DNA from: the human T2T-CHM13v2.0 reference genome, Homo sapiens | DNA: 64,000 nt | Reading direction: 5' to 3' (one strand) | Assembly: GCF_009914755.1 (NCBI RefSeq) | Contig: NC_060927.1 | Part shown: in pieces, positions 15,709-31,660 of the stretch | Layout: each line of letters starts with the position of its first letter | How positions within the stretch are numbered: the stretch's first letter is position 1 | Notes under the pieces: model-generated | Databases searched by the model: none | Seen by the model: only the letters and a program-made list of their open reading frames with translations | Told to the model about the DNA's origin: nothing | Translations under genes and position numbers: made by a program

Positions 15709-18513
15709 TTACAGAATAGTTTATCCTTGGGAAAAAAAATCTAAATCTTACAATTAATGTAAATGTGTAGATATATAAGGAACAAAACATTTTAAACACT
15801 GAAAGCCAGCATTGGTTGTTTTGGTTTGTTTTCTGGGTTTTTGTTTTATGATGAAGTAGGAGAAGAAAAATGAAAATGTCCATAATCACCACCCTATACA
15901 CTAAAATTCTGACTTCTTTTACATTATACCCACAATTCATTTCCTTTCCTGAAGAATATTCTATACAAAGGCAATCAAAAAATCGTATAATTTACAATAT
16001 AGTCATTTTAATGCCGGGTGCTATTTGTTTCATGAAACAGTCTTAATATATATTTTATAACTAAAGATTATGCTAAAAATAATTAAAGATTAACTAGTGG
16101 TTAAAGTTTAAAGCAGTGAAAATGACTAAAAAAATTAACATTAGGGCAAGCATTTATTAAAATAAGGCAGTTGTGACTTTAAAATCATATGGTGACTATC
16201 AGTATGTATTCATATCTAAAAACACCTATTTTTTTGCCACAGGGTCAGATTCATCTGCTATGCTGACAACCATATTTAAGGCACAGGGCTCTCTGTAGTT
16301 AATTTTTTATTAACTCAAAACATAAATATTTTATGGCTGTTATATTTTTCCTTTGAAAATTTATGAATATTGTACAAAATAATTCAAGCAATACAGAGAA
16401 AACAAAAGACCTCTTGAGATCCTACCTCCATAGAGATAACTATGGCAAAGTATGAACTTCCAGAACTTTACTAACTCACTCATTCCTGATAAACATGTTT
16501 CAAATTATTCACTGTTTTAAAGAATGTCTACAGTGTATATATATCTCCATATGTCTGCCCTACTTATTTCCTTAGTACAGCTTCTAGAAGTGCAATTACT
16601 GGATTAAAGACCATACATTTAAAATTTTTAAATATATCTTGTTTTATTGCCCTTTGAAAAGTTGTATTGATTTACACACATACTATGGCTATATTGGTGT
16701 GCCTGTTTCCTTCATGCTGAAGACATTATTACTTTTCAAAATCTTATGTTTAATGTTTTAAATATCCTTGATTCAGAACTGGTTCTTGATTTAGGAATTG
16801 CTAAATGTTCTTTTTTTGCTATGGAAACAAAACAGAAATAAATGCCAAAACCAATGAAAAATTAGTGTCTAATTAACACCAACCACATACACTTCAATTA
16901 AATTAATACTTGAGGGTTGGTAGGTAGTTTATTTAATTGAAGGGTTTGGCCCTTACATACTAGTGTATGGTCATACATATTGGTTTATGAAAACAATATT
17001 TGCTAAACTTGACAAAGTGACATATATTAGTATATATTCCTTTGTCTCAGTCTAAAAGCATTTTATTTTCCAATAACACACTATGGCTTTTAACCTATTT
17101 GTGAGTAAACACCCTGTTTGAAGGGGCAAACATCTCTATATACATAAATAAGACCAATGATAGGCAGTAACTAAATTTTTTGGCTATTTATGCCATTAAT
17201 ATATGTCTTTATTAAGAGTATATTCAATAAATACATTTATAAATAATGTATAAATGAATTTATTTCGAACTGTTAAAGTAAAAAGCATTTCAGAAACATG
17301 ATTTTTTAGATAGCTGATATCTTACCTTTTAAATGACAAAAATGACTTATTTTAAAAAATTTATGATGTAACTAAATAATTGATACATTTCAATTTCATT
17401 AAATAGATAACATAAAATTTGATATAACATTTTCTTGGTCATTCAAGGTCATCAATATGGTGATCACATTTTTCAATAACTATTTAACTGATAACTTTGA
17501 TACTCATAAGAATCTGTTGGTGCACAGAATCATTATACTACTCAGCTACACAGTTCTGTGCTTTTAGTTTTCTCCATGTTCCCTTGCCAGGCAGCTACTT
17601 TCCTTCCTGTCATTGTGCCAGTCTCTAACAGCCCACCAGTACCATTCTTCTTCTGGTTTTCTATTTATAAAAAGCTGTGGGCTAGAAAACCTGATAATAA
17701 ACACTATTAAGAGTTGCCTACATGATGAGGAATGAGGAATAAAGCACATGGTTTTGGTGCAAATATTTTATGGGTAGATATTTTAGGTAACTGTCAATTA
17801 TATTTTCATAATTTTTAACAAGTTTTATTGGGTTGTAGCTGTCTAAGTCCTCCTCTGATTCAGTAGGCTATCACTGTACTCAAGAGACTAATTGACAGTT
17901 TTCATGGAAAAGTGTAGGTTCTTGAGTAATAGCTATTCCTAATTTACTCCAGTTAATTGCCTGGCATTTCTTAGTCCTGTATACACTGAATGTCTTAGTA
18001 GAGAAAACTAGTTTTCAAACTTCAGGTCACAGACCAGTAGGCCCATGAAACCAAAGAGTTTCAACCAATATTTAAAACAAAGCAGAAAAGAACAGAATAG
18101 AAAATAGGAGGACTATGAGGTAAAAACTCTTTAATAGTTATTTACCTGTGTTGCTCTCATTCTCTCATGTCATTACTCTGATGTTTACTTGTAATGAGTT
18201 TATTCTCATCCCTTAAAATAAATAGCTTTAAAATTTGTTTTAATTTCTAATATCGTAAATGCTGATATATTTAATCCACATATAACCCTGAATAATTTTC
18301 TAAGACTGTTAAGAAATTCAGAGACTAAAATGTTTCAGAATCACTGATTTAAATAACTTATTTATTCTTTTCTTTTTCTTCTAAAATGTAAAATAGAAAC
18401 AGATTGGTTCTAAATGACTAGTATACCATTCTTTTAATTGGATGTTTTTATTAAAGAGTGCTTTAATGCTATTTATTTTAACCCCAGATCCAGTAGTTAA
18501 ACATAATAAATTA

Positions 18514-18666
<153 letters not shown>

Positions 18667-18970
18667 TTAAATAAAGTTACTTCAGTTTCATAGCAATTAT
18701 ATACATACTTTTATTACAGCACTTGGTGCATTGTTCTGAAATTATTCACTTATATGTCTGTATCCCCAACTAAAAAGCAGAGACTCTGTATTCCCAGCAA
18801 TTAGCACATAATAGGAATCCAATAAATGTTTACTGTAGGTATTACAACATGCGAACTGAGGAATTCTAAGTTTGAGTTCTGCCATGTATTGGCTCTGTGA
18901 GTTTGGGCAAGTCATCTAATGATTCTCATTTTAAAAACAGTAGCAGCATGGCATAATGAAGAGATGATAG

Positions 18971-19333
<363 letters not shown>

Positions 19334-21431
19334 CACTTGATCTTAACAAGCTTAACCTGCTAAGCATTAGCTTCCTTATTTGTAAAATGGGGATAATGAT
19401 GACTTACATTTTGTCTGGCAAAAGACCTGTTATAAAGCAGGTACCAGAAAAACAGAAACTGTAATAACAGTAATATGATGAACATGATTATTTTTCCTGC
19501 AGGCCTCCCAATGTTATTGTTGGGTTGAAATGAAAAGATTTCTGTGAAGCATTCTGTAAACTCTAAAATACTATATAAATGTAAGCCATGAACATGCTTA
19601 TTGAATAAATGGATTAATAAATGAACAAACAGATCATTTTGTTTTTATAGGGTAACATGAATCAAAGATCGGGGTGGGTAAAGAGAACATTTACAAACAG
19701 AAAAACCCATCCTTAAATAATAAAAATTGTTCCACAGTTTAAAATAAGTTTTATTACTCCTATATATTCTGAATTTCTCAGTAATTTTCATAAAGCCAAT
19801 TCTCTACCTCAGATTAAATCCCACGTTCAAATCCAGAAGATGAAGGAGGGAAGGGGAAGGAAGCAGTGAGTAAGCAAACTGGTAGGCAACTAATCTTGGC
19901 TAATGCAAAGAATCTGATAATCATTTCAGTAAGTAAATACATGGACAAAGCAAAATAAATAAATTACTGCTAATAATTAGTGATTACTAATTACTGATTT
20001 AGTAATTATTAATTAGTCTGGGGTTCATAGATATGATAAAGATATATGCTTTTGTACTTTAGAAAAAAATCACAAAATACTTTATTAACTAACCTTCATT
20101 CTTTGTCAAGAGGGTTGGTAAGAAAAGTAGTGATTATGTGAGGGTTTAATATCCCCTTAGAAAGTATCTGAGATTTCTGACAACTGAGAGATATATAAAT
20201 GCCATGGAAACATAAACTCCCTAAGCTATAAATGCTGAATAGGACAATAATATTTTCAATATAATTATCTGAAAAATCAAATGAAAATTTAATGTAGAAT
20301 GCTTATATATTGTTTTCTTTTTCTGGAACTTCTTTTCATATAAACCAGTAAATTACTTGCATGTCTGTTTTTAAAATTATATTTTTATTACTAAAAAATA
20401 GCCAACAGTTATTAAGAACTTGTATTCAAATCCCTGCTTTCCTTTAGTAACAAAGTCAATAATCTGATGTAAGGTAAGTTATCTAATCATTCTCTATGTC
20501 CTTTAGCTTCAGCTTTCAAATGAGAATAATAATAAACATGAAAGTATAACAGTTGCTCAATAAGTGATAGTCATTATTATCTAAAATGCTAGTAGATTTT
20601 TAAAACTTTATGAAATATGTTTTGGTGGTGATTCATTCCCACTACTGCATCCTTGCATTTCATTACCACTGCTGCATCCTGGTATTAATATTTTGTACCT
20701 TAATATGTGTACCTTAATAATCTTGACATCAAAAAGGGGAGGCAAGGTTCAATCACAAAAGAAGAAAAGCAACCTTACATTTGCCACACATTAACTTGTA
20801 AGGGAAAAGTAGAGTGACCAAAAAAATTAACAGCTGCTAAACTTTGGATATTTTTAAGCAACTTCTCTAATACATGTAACACCTAATGATACTAATCCTA
20901 CAGATTCAAACATTATGTCCTTGCCACTATAACTAGTAGAATAATGGGGAAGTTATTATGGGGAAGTTAAGAGCCTTACCTTTCTTCAAACAAACACTGA
21001 ACTGAAAAGATCTCTGTTTTCCCCTGCCCCATGAAAATTAATTATTCAAACATCTATCTGCATTAAAGTGACTGTATGATTTTCTCACATTCTATAATCC
21101 CTTCCCCACATCTCAACTGCTTAACTTAGTATCTTTTTTGAATCTTCCCAAATTCTTACTGTTCCTCTTTTGCTCTCATGTAAGGGAAAAAAAAAACTCA
21201 CATAAAATTAAATTGCCTATTTCTTTATCTACTCGCCTCTGTTTCTTCTATTTCATTATTCCAGATTTGGCTATTTGTCCCAAATTGCAGATTCTGATTA
21301 GTAGCAGGTTTACACATAATGAATGGGAATTTTTAAATATATAGTTGTAGCAGTTGTTATTTAAGTTAAATACCTTTGTGTTGTGTACTACTAGACTTGG
21401 ATACCAAGATGATGCTATACTTTACATATTT

Positions 21432-21540
21432 TAATTCATTTATTCATTCAAAAGTATTTATTAAGTACCCACACGTTGGGCACTGTGCTAGGTGCTAGGC
21501 ATACAGTGGTGAATGAGACACATATAGTCTCCATCCTCAA
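21432..21540 (-). mobile_element. L2 3' end fragment
   Basis: TTCATTTATTCATTCAAAAGTATTTATTAAGTACC...GGCACTGTGCTAGGTGCT. Confidence 0.75.
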
Positions 21541-21754
21541 TTTTATATTCAATGACTAAACTATACATAATGTTATAAATATAAGGACAAAATTTTTAAA
21601 AAATCCTTAACTATTTCTAACTCTTGAAAGTATTATAGTGGTTATGTGAGTTTTCTGGATAGTTGAGGAATCAACTGGTAGTATGCTAGAGCCAGCCTGT
21701 ACTAGTTATTAAATTTTCAAGAATTTTGTAAGCCAACTGTTAAATAAAGCCATT

Positions 21755-22048
21755 ATTTATTATTTGAGACAGGGTCTCACTCTGTTGTTCAGACTGGAGT
21801 GTAGTGGTAGGATCACAGCTCACTGCACCCTAGACCTCCTGGGCTCAAGCAATCCTCTAGTACCAGCCTCCTGAGAAGTTAGGACCACAGGTGCGCACCT
21901 CCACACCCAGCTAATTCAAAAAATTTTTTGTAGAGATGCGGTCTCACTGTGTTGCTTATGCTGGTCTCAAGCCCCTGCTCTCAAGCAATCCTCCTGCTTT
22001 GGTCTCCAAAAGTGCTGGGGTTACAAGCATGAGCCATTGCGCCTCGCT
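21755..22048 (-). mobile_element. AluJ-like
   Basis: Diverged reverse Alu (GAGACAGGGTCTCACTCTG, CTCCTGGGCTCAAGCAATCC) ~215 nt from the exon-10 donor. Confidence 0.9.
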
Positions 22049-22261
22049 TGTCTATTAACTGTTGATGTACAAACCTCGTTAGATCTATTTTCACTGCTCT
22101 AAGTTCACTTTCTCTCACTTCCGGGTTTGAGGTAGTTCAGGATAGCTGAGGTTTTGAGAAAGTTAAGCTTAAACCAAACCACGCTGATGTGAAATCCTGA
22201 AAATAAACTCCTCAGCACAGACAGACAAAACTCTGAAATTTTAAGAAATGCAAGATGCTTA

Positions 22262-22381
<120 letters not shown>

Positions 22382-23357
22382 CTAAACAAGGAAAAATAAA
22401 ATACCAATAAACATTATAACATATCCAAATTTTATTTAGATAAGTTAGCAAGATTTTGAAACACAAAAAATTAAATGCACTACTGATTACCTAATCATAT
22501 AAAAAAGAATTTAATAGAAACTAGGCATAAGATAGTATACCTAATATTAAAAAACCAACTGACAAAGCATAGATACAGAAAATCTCTTAGAAATAAGAAG
22601 AAAAAGACCTACTGAGATTTCTAACTTGCAAGCCAAACTTAATGATGTAGCAATGGAGTGATATAAAAAATATTCCAACACTGAGATATAGTCAAAGGAG
22701 GGTGGCATATTGAAGTTGGAAAGATTCTATGTGATTTCTGCCCAAAATGGTAAGAATATCTCTTTTTGGTGTTAGATTTTACTTTAAAATATACATTCTA
22801 AAAGTAGAGACATAATTGCTTTAAAAATCAAAAGTGGGGTAGGAGGTATTGGTAAACAAACCAATTGCATGGTGAAGAAGCCAAGCTGCAGGGAGTGGGG
22901 AAAGGTATTTCCATATGCAAAAACACAAAGACAGTGTCTAAAAAAGCCAAGCAGCAACTAACAGAGAGATTTGCTTATGACAGTCAGATTTATCATAAAA
23001 TTTGTAACAGACTATTTTGCAAGGATTTTAATATTTGGCAGTTTTGGAAAAAAATCTTGAAGTTGATGAACAAACTGCAAGAAATTAAGAAAAATGTTGA
23101 GCAAGTTAAATTTACGTATCTCTGGTCAATAAAAGAATGGGAATGGCAGTATAGTTAAGAGGAAAAATATAGGGGAAAAAAGTAATTATACCTAGAAATT
23201 AGTACTGCTTTAAGTTCTCCTCAAAATGTTACCATTTTTCTAAATATAATGTGACAATTATAATATTAATGAACAATGAAAAGTATGGAAAGAAAAATAG
23301 AAGGTAAATCAAACTTCTTATAAGTACTTCAAAGAAGTACTTAGGCCTACTAGGCAT

Positions 23358-23703
23358 TGCCATGATCTAAATGTTTATGTCTTAAAAATTCATATTTTGA
23401 AACCTAATCACCAACATGACAGTATTAGCAGGTGGAGCCTTTGGAAGGTTGTGAGCCCTTATGAATGGGATTGGTGTTCTTATAAAAGAGGACCCAGAGA
23501 GCTGCCTTGCCCATTCCACCAAGCATGGACACAGCAAGAAGGCACCATATATGAATTAGAAAGTAGGCCCTTGCCAGACACTAAATCTGCTGGCACCTTG
23601 ATCTTGGACTCCCAGCTTCCAAAACTGTGAGAAATAAACTTCTGTTGTTTATGAGCTACCCAGATTATGGTATTTTGTTACAGCAGCACAAACAGAATAA
23701 ACA
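23358..23703 (+). mobile_element. MaLR solo LTR, MLT1A-like
   Basis: TG...CA, near-perfect 5-bp TSD GGCAT/GGTAT; CTGCTGGCACCTTGATCTTGGACT, ACTGTGAGAAATAAA. Confidence 0.88.
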
Positions 23704-24008
23704 GGTATGTTATGTCTTTTTACTATCTGCTCTCTAACTCCCATCTCCACCAAAATATTGACCCAGCAATCTCATTTCTAGAGTCCCATCCCAAAGATAA
23801 ATAAGCAAAACTATAAAATAACATATGCACAGACTATCACTACAGCACTATTAGTAATAGCAAAAGACTGGAAATAGCCTAAATGTCTATTGATAAGGGA
23901 CAGGTTGTATAAACTATGATATAGTCACACAGGGGAATATTATACAGCTATAAAAAGGAATAAGGAAGATCTATAGATGTCCATGAGATGTAGTAAAGTG
24001 AAAAAATG

Positions 24009-24297
24009 CGCTAGGTGTGGTGGCTCACGCCTGTCATCCTAGCACTTTGGGAGGCCAAGGCAGGCAGATAACAAGGTCAGATCGAGACCATCCTGGCTAA
24101 TGCGGTGAAACCCTGTCTCTACTAAAAATACAAAAAATTAGCCAGGCGTGATGGCAGGCCCCTGTAGTCCCAGCTACTCAGGAGGCTGAGGCAGGAGAAT
24201 GGCATGACCCCGGGAGGTGGAGCTTGCAGTGAGCTGAGATTGTGCCACTGCGCTCCAGGCTGGGCAACAGAGCGAGACTCCCATCTCAAAAAAAAAA
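24009..24297 (+). mobile_element. AluY-like within old L1ME fragment (~23750-24400)
   Basis: ATCGAGACCATCCTGGCTAA, GGAGCTTGCAGTG; TSD AAAAAATGC. Confidence 0.93.
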
Positions 24298-24469
24298 TGC
24301 AAGATGCAGAACAGCGTGTATAGTATGATACCTTTTATCTAAGAAAGGGAAGAATATGAAGATATATGGATTTGCTCACATTTAAAAAAAAAACAAGAAA
24401 TCTTAAACAGTATTCAGTAACATATTATTAGAATAATATTAATATTGTTATTTTCAAACTATATTTTAG

Positions 24470-26090
<1,621 letters not shown>

Positions 26091-26370
26091 AAGAACTTAA
26101 AAAACAATTCCAGAACTAGTGACAAAGAAAAAGACACGAATATTTTTGCTCACCTCTTCAAGGAGTAGGAGGAATGACTGTAAAGAGGGGAGTAGTCTGA
26201 TGACAAGTTTCAAAGGAGCTAGAGTTTTTTAGGGAAGAGGAGGTTGTAGTGGTCTAGAATCAGCAGGAGTAAGGAAGACATCTAACCAGATCCAGCGATA
26301 TGCAGCGCATCAAAGAAAAACACCTCTACTTGAGAAGGCTGGAGGAAAAACACTGCTCTCAGTAGTCAGG

Positions 26371-26680
26371 TGTTGTTTTTTGTTTGTCTGTTTTGAGATG
26401 GAGTCTCGCACTGTCTCCTGGGCTGGAGTGCAATGGCGTGATATGCGGCTCACTGCAACCTCCGCCTCCCAGGTTCAAGCTGGGGCTCTTCCGCCTCAGC
26501 CTCCTGAGTAGCTGGGACTACAGGCGCCCGCCACCACACCCGGCTAATTTTTTTGTATTTTTAGGAGAGACAGGGTTTCACCGTGTTAGCCAGGATGGCC
26601 TCGATCTCCTGACCTCGTGATCCACCTGCCTTGGCCTCCCAAAGTGCTGGGATTACAGGCATGAGCTACAGCGCCCGGCC
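26371..26680 (-). mobile_element. AluY/Sc-like
   Basis: Reverse Alu; TSD AGTAGTCAG(G/C)TGTTGTT. Confidence 0.94.
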
Positions 26681-27170
26681 AGTAGTCAGCTGTTGTTAAT
26701 TAGAACAAGAATGCTCTTAGTGAAATGGCTGAGCTTTGTCTGCAAGGCCACAGCTATATGACTGCAGGTTGTGTAGTGCACAACTCTGGGTCTATGTGAA
26801 TGGTGCCCTCTGGAACTGAGCAGGCCGCTGACTGCAGGTGGTGTCTTCAAATTTCCTAGGCCTACAACTACACATATGAAGCCCCATGTAGCAGGTGGCT
26901 GTAGATTTTTTTGGTCTCCTTTCAGGATGGAGAGAAAGGAGCTACCTCATAGACCCCCAGGCTCTGATTTCAAACAGACACTTGGATCTAGTCCCTTGTC
27001 TCACTTCAAGTATTAATACTTTCAGTTTCCTTAGCCAGCAGGAGCAACTTTCCTCACTGCCTTTCCTTGCCTGCTTCTGGACCTGAAGTAGGTCTGAGAC
27101 TCCACGCTGTATTTTTGTTCTGTTTCTGGTCCACAGAGATCTTTATCTTGTGTTTGAGTCCAGATGAGTC

Positions 27171-27721
27171 TTATATATATATAATATATATAATAAATAT
27201 ATATTATATATAAATATATAATATATATATATAATAAATATATATTATATATAAATATATAATATATAATATATATAATAAATATATATTATATATAAAT
27301 ATATAATATATAATATATATAATAAATATATATTATATATAAATATATAATATATATATAAATGTATATTATATATAAATATATAATATATATATAATAA
27401 ATGTATATTATATATAAATATATAATATATATATAATAAATGTATATTATATATAAATATATAATATATAATAAATATATATTATATATAAATATATAAT
27501 ATATAATAAATATATATTATATATAAATATATAATATATAATAAATATATATTATATATAAATATATAATATATAATATATAATAAATATATATTATATA
27601 TAAATTAATATATAATAAATATATATTATATATAAATATATAATATATAATAAATATAATATATATTATATATATTTTATATAATATATATTTTATATAT
27701 ATTTTTTATATATATTTAAAT
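27171..27721. repeat. AT-only tandem repeat / low complexity, ~33-40 bp units
   Basis: 551 bp with only three G and no C; repeated core ATAATAAATATATATTATATATAAATATATAATATAT. Confidence 0.97.
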
Positions 27722-28208
27722 CTTTTGGTGCCAAAAGTATGTCTCTTCCATGTATGAATTAACACCATTTTCACGAGAAGTCTGAGCTCTCAGAGATTTT
27801 TTTTTTTAAAGATCCAAAATGCCATCTTCTAGAAACAGTTTAAAGCTAGTAGAATGATATAAAAACTTTAAAGGGAAGTTGTATGTTAGTTTCTTTATAG
27901 CAACATGCTATCTATTCAAACTGCCTGCAAACTTTCCTAAACAAACAGGTTTAAGAAAATTCAACATTTAAAAATACAATTAATTGTAGAGGCCTCTAAC
28001 ATTATTAAAATTATAGATAGATTTCTTAAGATCCATATTTCCCTAAAGCCTCACATGGAGGAATGTCCCTTTTTGTGAATCTGGTACACTTGAACCAAAC
28101 CAGAATAAAGCATCCTAGCCATAATAAGAAAACTAAAGGCACTCTAGTAATTGCTGTTATAGTTTCAAAACTATGGCAAATTCCACATCAGAAATGTTCT
28201 GTGCTGAA

Positions 28209-28507
<299 letters not shown>

Positions 28508-29457
28508 TCTGTGCTGAATTTTAAAATACACCTATTACTCTGTTCAACTCAGGGCAGCTCCAGGATTAATTTCCTGATATTCGCATCACCTAATTCTTCT
28601 ATATGATCACAATATTTAGACTCCTCAGATTGACATAAGTCTAAACATTCTGTTTGCACATTTGCAAAACACTCATTTAATCCTATAGCTATAATCATAA
28701 TCATAGCAATAGCTATCATTTTTGTTTTACATATATTATCTCATTTCATCTTCAATATTACTCTATTATTAGCTCTTATTTTTACAAGACATAAAATGTC
28801 CTGTAAGAATTAAGACACTTTTGAACTTTGATGACTATTAAAAGCCAAATTTATACCCCATCCTAAAGTTAGAGTGGCAGGAGAGAAACAAAGGTAACTT
28901 TGGGACACTAGAAATGCCTCACCCTTTGTACCTGCACGCTTTCCCTCCTAGGCACTTCCTTCTAACAGAGACATCAAGGATCTCTTTTGGAAAGAATTAT
29001 CCACTGGGCTGCTTCCTGGAGGCAAGAGGCAGATTAAGAAACTTTTTCACTACAGGCTATCATGTCCCACAAAAGCTGAGGTTCAGAGAGACGGTAGGGC
29101 AAATAAGTCTACTGTAGGAAAACAGCACCAGCAGGTCAAGGTGTAGATTTAACAATCATGACTCAACATGATCTCTGGTTTCTGAGTTAATGAAACACGG
29201 ATAAACCAAAAGCCAAAGAAGCCTCTAAGGAAACTGTAAAATTCTAAGTTGGGCAAACAAAAACAATTGCGATTGTTTAGTCTCACTGAAATCCTGTGAC
29301 TCCACCTTGCAACAAAAGTGGGCTGTTAAAAAGTACAGCCCTCAGAAAGCGAATCCTCCCAAGTGTCCAGAGAGATCTTCCCAGAAAGGCAAACTAGAGT
29401 TAACAAACTGACCAAGCAACTACTTTGTTGCTAAGAGAGTTCTCAGGATATTCTTGG

Positions 29458-30213
29458 TGTAAAACCAAAGAAAATGACTGGAGGCGAGCCTCAATCAATT
29501 TATAGGTTTATTTTGCCAAGGTTGGGGATGTGCCCAGGAAAAAGGAACACAAAATCACAGGAACATCTGTGATCCATGCTTTTTCCAAAAAGGGTTTGAA
29601 GAGCTTCAATATTTAAAGGGAAAAAAAGTGGGCAGGAGGGGAAAAAAGAAGGAAGGGAGGGAGGGAGGGAGGGAGGGAGGGAGGGAGGGAGGGAGGGAGG
29701 GAAAAAGAGAGAGAGAAAGAAAGAAAGAGGAGGGAGGGTATGGTCACATTCTTGTGAGGTTTAGATTAGAGCTCACTGAATCCACATGTTGCAAGTGAAA
29801 ACAGGTACAGGGATAGTCAACTATGTATTCCCCCTGCAGTGAATCTGAATTTTTACATAAGATAAACACAGAGCAGAAGAAGCAGTGAAATATGCATTGT
29901 CTCCAGTGAGCAGAGGGATGACTTCTAGTCTTGTCTTTCTCCCATACCTGTGAAGATAAGCTGTTAATTTACATTGTTAGGGTGAAACTCAACAGAACTC
30001 TGTTTTAGGGTAAAGATCTTGGGGCCTACAGGGAATTTACTTGTGAGCATATTGTAAGGGAAGCCCTCTGGGGAGGTATGTGTTCTTCTATCTTTGCAGC
30101 TACCTACTTAGGAACAAAATGGGAGGCAGTTTTGCATGACTCAGTTCTCAAGCTTACCCTTTCCCTTTGACATAATGAGTTTGGGGTCTCAAGATTTTTA
30201 TTTTCCTTTCACA
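29458..30213 (-). mobile_element. MER4-family solo LTR with internal GA-rich microsatellite
   Basis: Minus strand begins TGTGAAAGGAAAATAAAAATCTTGAGACCCCAAACTCA (MER4 hallmark) and ends TTTTACA. Confidence 0.85.
29651..29738 (+). repeat. (GGGA)n / polypurine tract
   Basis: Twelve consecutive GGG runs separated by single A (29655-29701), then (GA)/(GAAA) repeats. Confidence 0.95.
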
Positions 30214-30571
30214 CTCACCAGCTGGATTTTAGCTATAAATGGGTAATCACTGTGTGTTGTTTTCCTTTCTCCCCTTTTCCAAATTGTTTTCATTGCAGCC
30301 ACCCTCTTTTCCCTTTGCCATTGTAAACTGGGAATATGGAGAGTGGGAGGGGAGGGGAGAAGAATCAAAATACATATTTATGTATAGTTTTCCAAACCAG
30401 AGAGTTGGAGCTGGATGCAATAACCATAGAGTCTAGGTTATCTTTTTTTTAGAAAGGGGATGGGTTTGTTTTCAATCACTTATAAAATAGCTGCATGATA
30501 AAGTAGTATATTTCTGAATCATATGTATAAGAGTAGGTTGAATATGTATCCATATATATGAATAAAGGAAG

Positions 30572-31142
30572 CTTGTAAGGTGACTCCCAATGATCCCTGC
30601 CTCCTGGTATTCAAACCCTTGTGCAAATCTCTCCATTTAATGTGGTTTGGACCTAATAGCTTGCTTCTAGTAAATAGAATATGGCAACAGTGATGAGATG
30701 TCACTTCTGAGCTCGGGTTATAAAAAACTGTGACTTATGTCTTGCTTGCACTCTCTCTGGCCCTTCCTGCTTGCTCTGCTAAAGCAAACCACCAAGTTGT
30801 GAGCTGCCCTATGAAGAGGCCACATACAAAGAACTGAAGGAGACCTCCAGTAAATAGTCAAGAAAAAACTGAGGCCCTCAGGTGCAAATGACACTGATGA
30901 ACTGAATCTTGCCAACCATCATGTCAGTGAGCTTGAAAGCAAATCTTTCCCCAGTTGAGCCTTCAGATAAAACTAAAGTCCTGGTCAATGCCTTGCTTGC
31001 AGCCTTGTGAGACTGTGAAACAGGGGAGCCTGTTAAGCCATGCCTGGATTCCTGACTCACAGAAAATGAGAGATAATAATTGTTGCTGTTTAAGCCACTA
31101 TGTTTAGGGTTATTCATTATGCAGCAATAAGTAACTAACACA
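30572..31142 (+). mobile_element. MaLR LTR, MLT1F-like
   Basis: CCCAATGATCCCTGCCTCCTGGTATTCA, TGCAGCCTTGTGAGAC, TTTAAGCCACTA, ends GCAGCAATAAGTAACTAACACA. Confidence 0.82.
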
Positions 31143-31189
31143 GTACAGCTGCTAAACAGCTCAAGGATAGACTATAGCATATATCTATC

Positions 31190-31660
31190 TATCATTTTTT
31201 GTCTGCCCAGAATCAACTGACATCTTTTCTCATAAATATACATTGATTTTCCTTTAGGAAACCATTCCTTCCACTCTTCTCAGTGACTGGCTAGATGGGA
31301 TTGACTCATTTTCCCCTGCCTCTCCCTGACTAAATACACTTGACTCAGGCTCAGCATATGAAATCCAAGGCTGAGATTTCTCCTGGAATTACTAGGGAAA
31401 AAAAAGCACTCTTTCCGCTGAACTTGGAGTTGGTAGAATGTCAGCCTGGAACTACCAAGGCCACAAAATAGAGCCTTTCTGAAAACTAAGACAATTACAG
31501 AGAAAAGAAGAGTTGAGGAAGAGAAAGAGATGAAGTCCTCTTGGCATTATTTAAGCCTCTGAACCAATAATGCCTCTAAGTCAGTCTGTCTCTTAACTTC
31601 ACAAGAATCAATAAATTTCCTTTTTTTCTCTTCATTTTTCACTTTAAATCAATTACAGCT
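31190..31660 (+). mobile_element. Old ERV-L LTR (LTR33/LTR16-like)
   Basis: GTCTGCCCAG, GAATCAATAAATTTCCTTTT pattern; highly diverged. Confidence 0.45.

Larger units (their letters stand above)
28800..30450 (+). mobile_element. Possible decayed MaLR internal sequence, interrupted by MER4 LTR
   Basis: 30214-30330 (CCAGCTGGATTT...CCCCTTTTCCAAAT...CCATTGTA) resembles MLT-int 3' region and lies just upstream of an MLT1 LTR; weak. Confidence 0.3.

Noticed and set aside
27171-27721. Regularly spaced repeats as CRISPR-like array
   Set aside because: No unique spacers, A/T-only slippage units, eukaryotic intron.
29454-30217. TSD for the MER4 LTR
   Set aside because: Flanks TTGG and CTCA do not match, so no TSD is claimed and the boundary may be slightly off.
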